DNA of 62,930 nt, filler included, from Hyphochytrium catenoides (taxonomy: Eukaryota; Protista; Hyphochytriomycota), in assembly GCA_900088475.1 (NCBI GenBank). It is 10 parts of 10 records of this genome, joined end to end, with 100 filler letters (N's around TTAATTAATTAA, not from the genome) between each part and the next. Parts side by side here need not be neighbours in the genome. Positions count along the whole stretch, not along the records: positions 1 to 10,069 come from FLMG01000266.1; positions 10,170 to 19,159 come from FLMG01002897.1; 8 more parts are not named here. One strand, written 5' to 3'. The notes under the pieces were generated by a model, which saw only the letters and a program-made list of their open reading frames with translations, was not told the DNA's origin and did not search any database. Below are positions 1 through 10,717 of the stretch, piece by piece (within the stretch, counting starts at the first letter, position 1; each line of letters begins with the position of its first letter). Position numbers and translations under genes: made by a program.

Positions 1-1686
1 AGAGAGAGAGAGAGAGGGTGTAAGCGAAAGAGAGTAAGCAAGTAAGAAAAAAAGAGAAGGCGGGGGCGAAGGGGAGGAGAGGAGGAAAGAGGATGCTGTC
101 TCATCTCCTTTGTCCGTAGCAAAGTATCCCTCCTCTCGTGCTCTCTCTCCTACTCCAGAGAGTTCTAAGGTTTAGCTCTATCAATGAGGCAAAGAGTTCT
201 CCGGGACTGTAGTTCCAAGGGAAGAGTCACAGCGACGGAGTAGCAAGGCAACCCCATCTCTCCCTCTCTCTCTGTCGCCTACTTTCGCTCTCTTGTCTCT
301 CTTTCTCTCGCCTCATACGCGCAGCCTTGCTTCTCCCGTCCCTACTACGATGTACCTCTCCTCACTGGTCTACTACTGCTGCTGATGGCTCAGGTATCGA
401 CAGTCTACGTATCAGAGATTTCTCTGTTAACAAGGATTCGATGGCCAGAGAGGAGAAGGGACGGGGATAGGCAGCGTTCAAAGAGCCAGAGAGAGAGAGA
501 GAGAGAGAGTCAGAGAGAAGGGCGCAGAGAGAAACTCGCGGGAGAGAAAAAAGAGAGAGCGAGACGGTGGAGATAGAGGAAGAGATAGATAGATATGGAG
601 AGAGAAGATAAAGAGCTCTCGCGAAGAGGTTCAGTCAGCCAGGAATCAGGGAAGTGATTTTTGATGAAGTTAGAGTCAGCGATAAAATGAAGAGAAGCGG
701 GTCAGCCCGCTTTGATGAAGCGATAGAGCGCGGGACTATAAAGAGAACCGCTTTTCTCTCCCCGTCCAGCAAGAGAATCTATTCCAAGTTCTGTCTCCTC
801 TCCCAGCAGTCAGCGGGGCAGGACAGCTAGAACACCAATATAAAGACTGAGCCTTGTGCTCTTCAAGACTCTCTCTAAGAGCGTCGCACCGTTAGTGACG
901 GGCCAAACCTTGAGCCTTCTCCCTCGATGTAGCTCCAGACGGGCCATCGCCGGTCATCAGCTTGCGCCTTGCGTCCGTCTTAGGAAGCGTCTGAGGCTCT
1001 GAGGTCCGTCGCCCCAAGGCTGCAATCCAACAAAGCCAATGACTGAGCTCTCAGTTCCATATGAGAGAGAGAGAAAAGGCAGCAAAAGCAAGAGCCTTGA
1101 GTCTTCCTTCTTACCTTATCCTACGCCGCCTCCTCCTCTATTAGTATGAGCTATGGGTAGATATTACCCTTATCCTATGCCGCATTGAAGGAGAAGAGAA
1201 GTGCTTTTGCCGCCGCGTCGCGCCTGAGCGACCGACGACAGGATCTCTTCTTCACGGAGATCTGCAGCGCCAGCGCCTCAATCTCCAGACCAGAGTCAGC
1301 TGAGCCTGCCTGATGTCTGCTGCCGCCGTTTAGAAGACACTAGGTTCATGATAACGTCAGGTCTAGCCTGAGGTGTAGGTCGATTGTATAGTCTTTCCTG
1401 TGGCTCCAGGCTTGCGCTCTCTCCCCGGCGCCCGGTGTACAAAGGCTGCGCTCCCCTGTGTCTGTTTGGCTTTCTGTCGAGCGCTGTCCGTTCTCAAGCT
1501 TCTGACCGCCAACAATCTTCGAACGTCGCTCTTTCAAAGAGCTGACTTTGAAGGACAGATCTCCGAGAAAGGGATCTAGAACAGTGCCTCAACTCGACGA
1601 CACGGTGACAGGTGTCGCCCAATGCTCCCATTCCAAGAACAGTAGCCCGCAGAGGAGAGCACAGGAGCCACTGCATACAAGCAGAA

Positions 1687-3284
1687 ATGGCGCTAGAAGA
1701 GGCGGTCTGGACATTAGTGAAAGCAGTCAAGCACGAGGCCGTCGGATTGTCCCTGGGAGAGTATCTGGCGGGAGATATCAGCGCAGACAATGGCTCTGCA
1801 CTGCTGATGGGAAGGCGCTTCTGTCAGAATAACGAGCTGGCTGCCGCTGTGAAAGCGCTGACGTCCGAAAGAGAGACGGAGCAGGCCATAGAAGGAAGGC
1901 TTACCTATGTTAGAATAAACTCCGAAGACGGTGAAGATATCACGAGGTTAGAGGAGTGGACCTGCTGGGGCATGCGGATGAGGCATAGCCTCTTCCCATT
2001 CTCAGACCTCTCTTTACTCTTGGGCGCTGTTTCTCTCCTCCCTCCCTCCCTCTCTCTCTGTTCCTTGTCTTCTCTCTATCTCTGCGCCTCTCCTGTCTCC
2101 ATCTTCCTCATTCTGTCAGGCTCTATCTCCTCTGTGTCACGCTTTAGGAACTCTCTCTCTTTCTCTCTCTCTCTTAGCGTCTCTCTCTCTCCCTCTGTCT
2201 TTCATCTAATCTCTCTCTCTCTCTTTCTCTTTCTTACTCTCTCCCGCTTGTCGTGGAGCGTGTATAGCGCTCTGGCATAACTTTCAGCTCATACCTGCAG
2301 AGCCTCTTGACTCCAAGTCTTCCCAGTCCTAATTCTGCCTGTTTGCCCCTATTCGCTCTTCTCATATTCCAGCTCTGTGCTCCCTCTTTGCCTCTCTATC
2401 TTCATCTCTATTACTTACTCCTCTGGCATGCTGCCTTCCATAGGAGCGACAGCTCTTCTAAAGAAGAGAGCGGAGCCCGAAGTCTTCCGGATGGTGCCAT
2501 AGATTACCTCCATCTAGAAGAGAGTGGGACGATCCGAGTATCTGACTCTTCTCAAGGGCTAGTGCTGGCAGACTTGACGGAACTAAAAGACGGCGTTAAG
2601 CAATGCGACAGTGCTCCTGCTGCAGAGACTCGCAGAACGCTCTTTGAGGCAAGCCATCTCTCTACTAGGCCGTTCAGCATCTCTCTCTTTTCTCGCATTC
2701 GCTCTCTCTTTATCTCTCTCTCGCTCCTTCTCCTCCTTCTTCACTCGCTCTTGGACCCATTGACTCTTTTCCACTTCCACTTTTTCAACTTCAATCCTAT
2801 CCCTGTCCTTCTTTCAGTGCCTCTCTCCGTCCTTCTTTCAGTGCCTCTCTCCGTCCTTCTTTCAGTGCCTCTCTCCATTGCATGAAGTCTTTTATCCCCT
2901 TTCGCTATGCTCAGTCTCGTGGGGATTTTCTTGGCACTCCTCCCTAGGTTGTTCGGATCTTAGGGATAGGAGGGCTTGCCATTCTACTTCTTCCCGTCGA
3001 AGATGACGCAGAGAGCCTCAGAGCCCTAGAGTGCCTTCTACCAAACTTCAAAGTCCTTGTCTATAGCACGGCGGAGGGGCAACTGAAGGCAGAGAACTGC
3101 GTGACCTTGCACAAGTTGGGCCCCACCCGCGAAGACATTGAAGGACTCAGGCGGTTAGATCTTGCAGGATGGGCCTTAGAAGACGAAGAGGAGGAGGAAG
3201 AGGAGGAAGAAGATGGTGAATACTTACCAAGCTATCATTGTTATAGGCAAGAAACCCTTACAAGCTCCAACCTCCTTGTCTTCG

Positions 3285-3315
<31 letters not shown>

Positions 3316-4573
3316 TTTTTCTTCCTCTCTCTCTTCATTATTCTGCTCTTCTGCGAGAGCGTTGTTCTGGCCCTTTTCCCTTTTACACGCGGCTGCTTCT
3401 CTTGTTCTCTCATCTCTCTCCTAAGTTGATTTTTCTGGGATGAGCTGCGCAGCTGCTAACATTGCATCTTTCATTGTGTTTCTGTTAGGGACATTGAGCC
3501 TCAGCTGGAGCTTCTGAAGAACTCTTACGATGTCCTTCTGCAGGAGATGACAGCCGCTTCCACCGTCAGGTGTAGCTCTCTCTTTACATAAACACTATGT
3601 CCCTGTCATTGGCGACTTCTCGATGACTTTCCTTTTCAGTTTTCTCCTCACTTGCCCTGTCCGTCGCGCTACTGCCCTAACACAAGGACTCTACAGGTGG
3701 ACACAATGGCCTGAGAGCCACTATGATAAAGGAAAAGGGAATGACTGGAGAGTCTTTCCCTTCTGCTATACATTTCCTGCCGATGATGCCTCTCAGACCA
3801 AGTGGGTCGAATCCACCACCTCTCTTTGTCCTAAGACCACTGAGATACTCAAGGTAAGGACAGGTTCATCTGAGGCTTCGGGGCCAGTGCGTACTCCATC
3901 TACAAGGGAGTCCATCGTCTCTCCTAACAACCTGTCGCTCTGTCTCCTGTCCATTGTCTCTGTCCCTCCGTTCGCAACTTCTCACTCACTGGGTCTCCAC
4001 GTCTCTTGGCGCCGCCCTGCAGAGCATCCCTAATGTTAGGACAGCGTTGTACTCTAGGCTTTCACCAGGGACCACGTTGGCTCCTCATAGGGTAGGGAGA
4101 GCCCAGTTCTTCCTTCTCTGACGTCTTATCTTCTTGCTCTCCATACATTGACTCTATGGAGCGTTGATCCTCCTTTGATAACCTACCTGCTATGGTCATT
4201 CTTGGTCCGTGGCTCCTTTGCTTGATGGCTTTATGGCTTCCATAACACCCTGTCTCTCCATTTGCAGGGCTGGGCAGAATTGTCCAACCACGTTCTGCGC
4301 TGTCATTTAGGGTTGGTCGTGCCTACCGCTCAAAGAGCATCCACGGAAGAAGGGCAGTGTGGGATGTGGGTCGACGGAGAGGTGCAATGTCACAGAGAAC
4401 GAGAGCTATTGATGTTTGACGACAGCAAGCTCCACTACGCCTTTAACCGCAGCGACGGAGACAGGGTCATTCTTATAGTCGATGTCGCACGGCCCACGCA
4501 TATTCCCAAGGGAAGGGCGGCAGGAGCGAAGACGAATGAACTGGAGGCCTTTATTCAGCAGTTCTCTGTCTAG
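1687..4573 (+). CDS. Aspartyl/asparaginyl beta-hydroxylase-family (2OG-Fe(II)) protein with N-terminal degenerate class I methyltransferase-like region; 7 exons
   Basis: Phase-consistent exons 1687-1946, 2444-2648, 2948-3246, 3489-3569, 3697-3853, 4023-4091, 4268-4573. Spliced C-terminus WRVFPF...CPKTTEILK-SIPNVRTALYSRLSPGTTLAPHR-GWAELSNHVLRCHLGL...FDDSKLHYAFN...RVILIVDV is the Asp_Arg_Hydrox signature. Confidence 0.85.
2805..2876 (+). repeat. 24-bp tandem repeat x3 (GTCCTTCTTTCAGTGCCTCTCTCC) in an intron
   Basis: Directly visible perfect triplication. Confidence 0.9.
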
Positions 4574-5908
4574 GAGAGTGCTTTAGCGGCTGGCTCATGG
4601 AGGCTTGCTGAGAGAAAGAAGACAGGAAAGACAAATGACAAACAACGGGTTGATTTGCCTATCGCCTCAGCATCTCTTCTTGCAGAGCACCACCCTTGCT
4701 TTGTTAGGGCACTTCCCTGTTCTATTTATTACGCCGAGTTATAAAAAAAGCTCTTTGTGGAGTCTATAGTCCTGCTACTACGCCTATAGTCCTGCCTTAT
4801 GCGGTCCATGATGACTGAGGGGACACGATCAGCCAATGAGACGGACTCTCACTAGCAATGTGACCGCGAGACCCAACTCGGGCCTTCCGCCGAGGCTCTT
4901 AAGAAGCTAGGGACGATGGTGGATATTAAATTCTTGCTTGCTACCGGACAAGGCCTCAAGCTCTTAAGAAAGATCCATTGGGCCGACAACGCTGCGGCCT
5001 GGAACCTGGAACCCAGCGTGACGCGGTCAGCAGGGCTTGAATCTTGATGTGTAATGGCAATGGAAGTGCCTTGCCAAGAAGGATTTTCATATATCTTCTT
5101 CATATGACTGCCAATCGGGTAGATAGTCATGGTCGTGCAATTGGTATGTCCACCTGATATCAGCCGGAAGTTCTAAAGGTGACAGGCAAACAGGAGATAA
5201 ACGCCACGCAGTTCCCGCTTCGTACTTCGCTTCTACACCTTCGCATGTGCACTATGAAGTCAGCAAGCTGGCGAGTCGGCTCCTGTAGGTCGCTTTCGTT
5301 ATGCTCACGCACCGGTTGGAGTGTCAACAAACTCCCAGAAATTTTGTCGCTAATGCAGCATTGTTTGCAGCTTCCCACGACCATTCCCCGTTCTAAGCAC
5401 CGCTTTTCCTTGGCAATGAGGATAGACTTCAGAAGCTCTTCTCTTTTTGCATTCGAAACAAAGATTCAAAAGCTATCCTCTCCTTACTCAAGGACCACAG
5501 CAGACATCAGAAGCTCTCCCATCTCCATGAGGACACCTTCTTATCAGAAGCTCTCCTTCAAATCATTCAAATTAGACTCCAACATCACACCCTCATTGAG
5601 CAAAGACTCCAAAAGACTTCAAGTGGAAGGAGTGTCAACTTGGGTGGAACGATTAGAAGGTCTTAGACTAATGAGTACCAGGGGCTGGTAGATGTATATA
5701 GCTAACTAGCATCTTACCTTAACGCGGCAAACTCAGCCAGATCATTTCAAGCTACAAAGAAGCATGGGTCTACCAGGCACTCACTCTCGTACCAACCAAC
5801 CACTTGGTAGAGAAGTCAGCTCTTGCCCAAGAAGAAGCAGTCCCTGAAATTAGGCTATAAAGCTGCAAATTGGAGAATCTGCATCTTCACACAGCCAGAG
5901 ACCAGAGG

Positions 5909-5936
5909 CCCAGATCCCAGATCCCAGATCCCAGAT
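5909..5936 (+). repeat. Heptamer tandem repeat (CCCAGAT)x4
   Basis: Directly visible. Confidence 0.85.
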
Positions 5937-7173
5937 CCTTTTACTGCAGAACACGCAGAAAACATAACCACATAACTTTTGGCATATTGATAATCATATC
6001 ACTTATTTCTCCTGATTATCATGTAAGGACGGGTGGGCACCTATTACTGTTGTAGGTGTAAATAACTATCGACTTTGAGCACTCCACCCGCCGTTTGTTC
6101 AGTTTCTTGGCAAGCCCCTCACTCCCTTCTGCAAGGCGGTGTTCCGAAAGGGTAAGAGCGGAGTAGTAATAACAGGAGATCCAAGGGCCGTGCCTAAAGT
6201 AAGATCCTGCAACAGGAAAATAGTATGAGGTTTGGGCTGTTCCTCCTTCAACCTGCACGCTGGTTCTCTTCCTACCCGTTGTCTCTTGCGTTGTCTTCAT
6301 GTTTTGTCGCCTCAGTGCCCTTTGTAGGTAGGCGGATTCATCAGAAAACGCAGGATTGCTGTTAGCATTGCCTGTTGTACGAGTACCAGCCTGTTCGTCG
6401 GTTGTGTTATGACAACATGTAACATTAACATAAGTTTCATAAATCTGAAATAAAAGGGAAAAAAGCTGTACGACGATCCCATAGTAAAACACCTAACTAC
6501 CCATTCATTCTTTCCAGAACTTTGTTAGTGAATTGGGTTTTTATTCGACAGAATAATAATAATACACTGCCACAAAGCGTGAAATGCATTCTAAAGCTGA
6601 AATAATAGCGCTGACAAACTGGTTCTTTTCCGCCTGCCTCGTGATTCGTGATTGACATCAACAAAATTATTCGCAAACGCCTGTGTTGCTGTCTGTCTCT
6701 GTGCCTGCCTCCTCTCTGTCTCTCTGTATCGCAATTGGGAAAGGGAATAATTTCAGCACCAGAAGCTCGTAATTGCGAAGCGAAATTGCCGTCGCGGCCC
6801 AGTGAGGTTAGTCGACAAAGATCCATCCAGAGATCAACGGGTTGTGGATGCAGATTTTCTCGATCTGTTATCGGCAGTTGGGGCTCTGGCTACTTTGGAG
6901 TCTGAGTTAAGGGTAAAGGTAGAGGGGAGCTGATTCAACCAAGGGCGTGCAACTAAATTAAGCGGAAGAATCGACCTTTCCTGCATTAGCCGTTATTCTT
7001 GGAGGCAAGATTTCCCTCTGCTCTATCAGAGAGCTGATACTTGGCAGTACTGTGAAGGACGTTCACCGACATCACTGTCCCAGCGCTCATTGATGGGCAT
7101 CTATGACACAGGAGCCTCACACTTTAAGCTCTACTCAGGTGGTCCGTAAAGGAACTTTCACCTCAATAAGACT

Positions 7174-9007
7174 ATGAAGAACTCCAGCGGCGAGGTAAGA
7201 GAAACATTTGCGCTGGCGCCGATTGCCCAAACCACTATTATACTTACGAGGGATACATCTTCATCCTCTCCTACAGCTTGATGTCAGCCCCTTGCTGATC
7301 CAAGGTTACGACGGACAGAGGATCATCCATGACGATGCAGTGCGGTATGATATGGGAAACTACCTCGGTGGGGGCATAGCCAGCGTGTAAGTAGAAATAT
7401 CTTTGCGTTACGGTTCAGAGTGCCATCGGAACTAACAAAGTTCTCTATGCTTAATAGCGTCTATGAAGCTATTGACAGGCGTACAGGCAAGCATGTGGCC
7501 ATCAAAATTCTAAATCCTGTGGGCTACAAAGTACTGCCACAGTCGGCACTCCGCAAATATGTAGTCGCTATTCCAGGAAGGCCTATTCAAAATCCCACTA
7601 TGCCCCTGGATAGGGACCATGTTTGGTGGCTAGTCCATACAGGGAATAAACAAGTTATTGCTGCCTATATGGAACCAGGCACAGGGGTCTTGAAAGAACT
7701 TCCTCTGAACAAGTGCGTAGAGATATGGGGCCTGCAACCGTTTGCCACAGCGTTGGAAGTGGCTCCTGCAGTCTCTCTTGCCGGTGAGCATAGCGATATT
7801 CGTACCGCATGATGCTGTTACTTACGTTAAGTATTCGTTATCAGCTCCACCGAATAGTCTTGATTTGTCTGGCTGGCCAGACAAGGACCCCATAGCTGCA
7901 GATCTACTCGATGTAGAAGCGGAATGCATCGTAGTAGACNNNNNNNNNNNNNNNNNNNNNNNNNNNNNNNNNNNNNNNNNNNNTAACATGAACAGGCTTT
8001 GCGGAGGAGGTGTAGAAAGGTTCCGCAAGGGCAGCATGGAACGTAGAACACACCCTAATATTCTACAGCTCTATGACGTCCTGGAATATGTTCAGCCTAC
8101 AAAGAGCACAATCTTTCTGGTTTTAGAGCTGGCAAGTGGGGGAGAGCTCTTTGATCGAATAAGGTCAGATGCAGGAGCAGATGAGCGTTCTGTCCGCTAC
8201 TTCTTCCGTCAGCTCCTATCAGGCCTGGCCTTCTGTCATCAAATGGGCGTCTGTCACAGAGATTTGAAGCCGGAAAATCTACTTCTAGCAGATACAGAGG
8301 AACATTCTACCCTGAAGATTGCGGATTTCGGATTGTCTGCGCACTTTGTGGCCGTTATGTCCCAAGATCAGAGCCTGCAATTCAGCGACCGGCCGGTGGC
8401 AGGATCAAGCCACGCTGCCTCCTCCACGGCTTCTAGCAATGCTATTGCCGCTCAAAGCTTATCGACCCAGCCTCGTCTTTCTTCTGAGTGCTCCATGGCG
8501 CGGGAGGTATCTGCACCTAACAGGCTGCTTCGGCTAAGGTCCGTGGTGGGCTCTCCGCATTATGTGGCTCCAGAGGTATTGCAAACCAGCTTGGGCTCTG
8601 CAGGTTATGACGGACAAAAGGCAGATGTCTGGTCTCTAGGCGTGAACCTGTACAGCATGCTGACAGGTAACCTTCCCTTCGGGAAAGACGTCACGCGATG
8701 CATCCGCTTTATCAAGCTTTCAGAATGGATCAACCTTCTTCCTGCTCATCTCTCCAATGCAGCAGCCATCGAAATCCACGAGGCGGCGATGAGCCAATCT
8801 CCTCTCTCTTTGGCAGCAGACGGAGAGCGCTATCGGACTCCGATCAAAGATTATCCGCATTGGTTCTTTCCGCGGCATGTCACTGCCGCTGCGCGCTCTC
8901 TACTGATCTCTCTCTTACATCCAGACCCTCTGTCTCGCATCACCGTGGAGCAGGCACGACGCCATCCTTTCCTTCTCTCTCCAGATGAAATGACGCTGGA
9001 GAGATGA
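7174..9007 (+). CDS. Ser/Thr protein kinase, CAMK group (SnRK/CIPK-like) with large insertions; spliced, spans an N gap
   Basis: Exons 7174-7194, 7277-7386, 7459-~7783, ~7844-9007. Motifs LGGGIASVVY, VAIK, HPNILQLYDV, LELASGGELFD, HRDLKPEN, DFG, GSPHYVAPE, DVWSLGV. Confidence 0.92.
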
Positions 9008-9320
9008 CGCCGGTCCCTGTGTCTCTACAGGCGACTTAGTGCTCTGTATCCTAGTAGCCCATGACGCTCTGTCTCGCTGTACATAGGACACCCTGTAGCT
9101 ATCCTCTCTGTATATACACAACACGTGGTAGTGATCTCCGTGGAAGATTGCCTTATTCTCTTTGCCGCCACATCTTATCTCGTCCACTTACAAAGGCGAT
9201 GTGGTTCTTTCTGTCGCGTCTCTCTTTCTCTTCCTCGCTAGTGCTCTCTCTCTCTCTTTTCCCCCATACTTTATTCTCATTGACATCTGCTGCATGGGTA
9301 CTGCCAGAGCTTTGCTACTC

Positions 9321-9365
<45 letters not shown>

Positions 9366-9494
9366 NNNNNNNNNNNNNNNNNNNNNNNNNNNNNNNNNNN
9401 NNNNNNNNCTTGACCTCCTCTCTATCTGCAGCTATCTTTTGACTCATCTCCCTCTTCTTTTCATCTCTCTCTCTTCTTTCCTCTTCTATTGTGT

Positions 9495-9929
9495 CCTCTC
9501 CTTTCTCACAAGCTGCGGATTTCCTTCCAGATAAGAGAGAGGGAACTCCTGGATGCTGCAGATCTTCCATGTGCTGTTCTTCACCGTGAGCGGTCTCTCA
9601 TACACGACCACACAGCTATCATCCAATATGATTGAAGGCAGGGTTTCTACGGTCAACGGCGCCTTGCTCTCATCCACTGGATCGTCTGTGCTGCCCAGAC
9701 GGTTGTTGAGCTCGAAGAAGTAGAAGCGACCACTCTCAGAGATGCCACGGACCCAGCGGGAAGAGAGAGACGAAGAAGGAGAGAGACTTTGGGCCTTCTC
9801 TCCTTCCCGAAAGGATATGACTTCAGAGGCGTTTCGTGACTTCAACTGTTTGATGACCTCAGGGACTATGAGCTTGCCTTTGGAGGTATATTCAGCCCGG
9901 GCACGAAGGGTGCCGATGACTAACGATGC
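9495..9929 (-). CDS. Internal exon(s) of an unidentified gene
   Basis: Open, non-repetitive frame (...AEYTSKGKLIVPEVIKQLKSR...WVRGISESGRFYFFEL...) between an AG acceptor and a GT donor, flanked by CT/GA-rich intron sequence. No family recognised. Confidence 0.4.
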
Positions 9930-10069
9930 CTAACAACGAGAAGGAGATACCGAGAAGCGGTTAAGGCAGAGAAGGAGAGAGAGAGGAAGGGGGATGAGAG
10001 AGAAAGAGAAGGGAAGGAGGAGGAGAGAGAGAAGGGAAGGAGGAGGAGAGAGAAAGAAAAAAGGAAGGG

Positions 10070-10169
10070 NNNNNNNNNNNNNNNNNNNNNNNNNNNNNNN
10101 NNNNNNNNNNNNNTTAATTAATTAANNNNNNNNNNNNNNNNNNNNNNNNNNNNNNNNNNNNNNNNNNNN
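10070..10169. other. Artificial contig spacer (44N-TTAATTAATTAA-44N); identical spacers at 19160, 24626, 33867, 47610, 50820, 53197, 59403, 61611
   Basis: Identical 100-nt block with a palindromic six-frame stop linker, repeated nine times; genes are truncated at its edges. Confidence 0.97.
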
Positions 10170-10717
10170 AGAGAGAGAGAGAGGCAAGAAAACTGTTCCG
10201 ACTGTTGGTGTGGCCCTGCTGGTAACCTCTGTTCATCTGGTCAAGGAAGAGGCAGAGGCAATCTCCAGGAACATATATAACCGCTAACGGATATCTAGAG
10301 TTGGAGATATGGCCTGCTCTGTCTCGCGCTGTTGCCTGAGTTACCTTTCATAACTCCGCTCTAAGGTACCACCCAAGAGCTCCTTTTATCCATCTGGAAG
10401 AGTTAAAAAAGCGGACTATGGAGAGGGAAGGCTACATCTCTCAGTAATGGCAACAATCCGAATAAATTAGGAGGCATGACCAAAGTAAGGCCGTATAAAA
10501 GCTAAAGAGTGACTCATCCTAAGAGTAAAACAACATAATTAACAATAGTAATGGTATTTATTTATGTCATCATCGGCAAAAGCCTCCCAGAGATGATGGG
10601 ATCTTTGGCTACCTTCGTGAAGTGTCATCCAAGGAGTTATTGCTAGGAGGAATTGTTCCACTCACCAATAGGGAGTGTGATCTCTTCTGCACCGAGCGCG
10701 GGTAAACGGCGGGAGTA

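Noticed and set aside
5909-5936. (CCCAGAT)4 as an interstitial telomere
   Set aside because: Only four units, and not a telomere motif I can support.
4852-6826. Overlapping ORFs on both strands between the hydroxylase and kinase genes
   Set aside because: No recognisable motifs, frames conflict and contain stops; no call can be supported.
10114-10125. Recurrent palindrome TTAATTAATTAA as a biological site (PacI or piggyBac-like)
   Set aside because: Always centred in 44N flanks; it is an artificial six-frame-stop contig linker.
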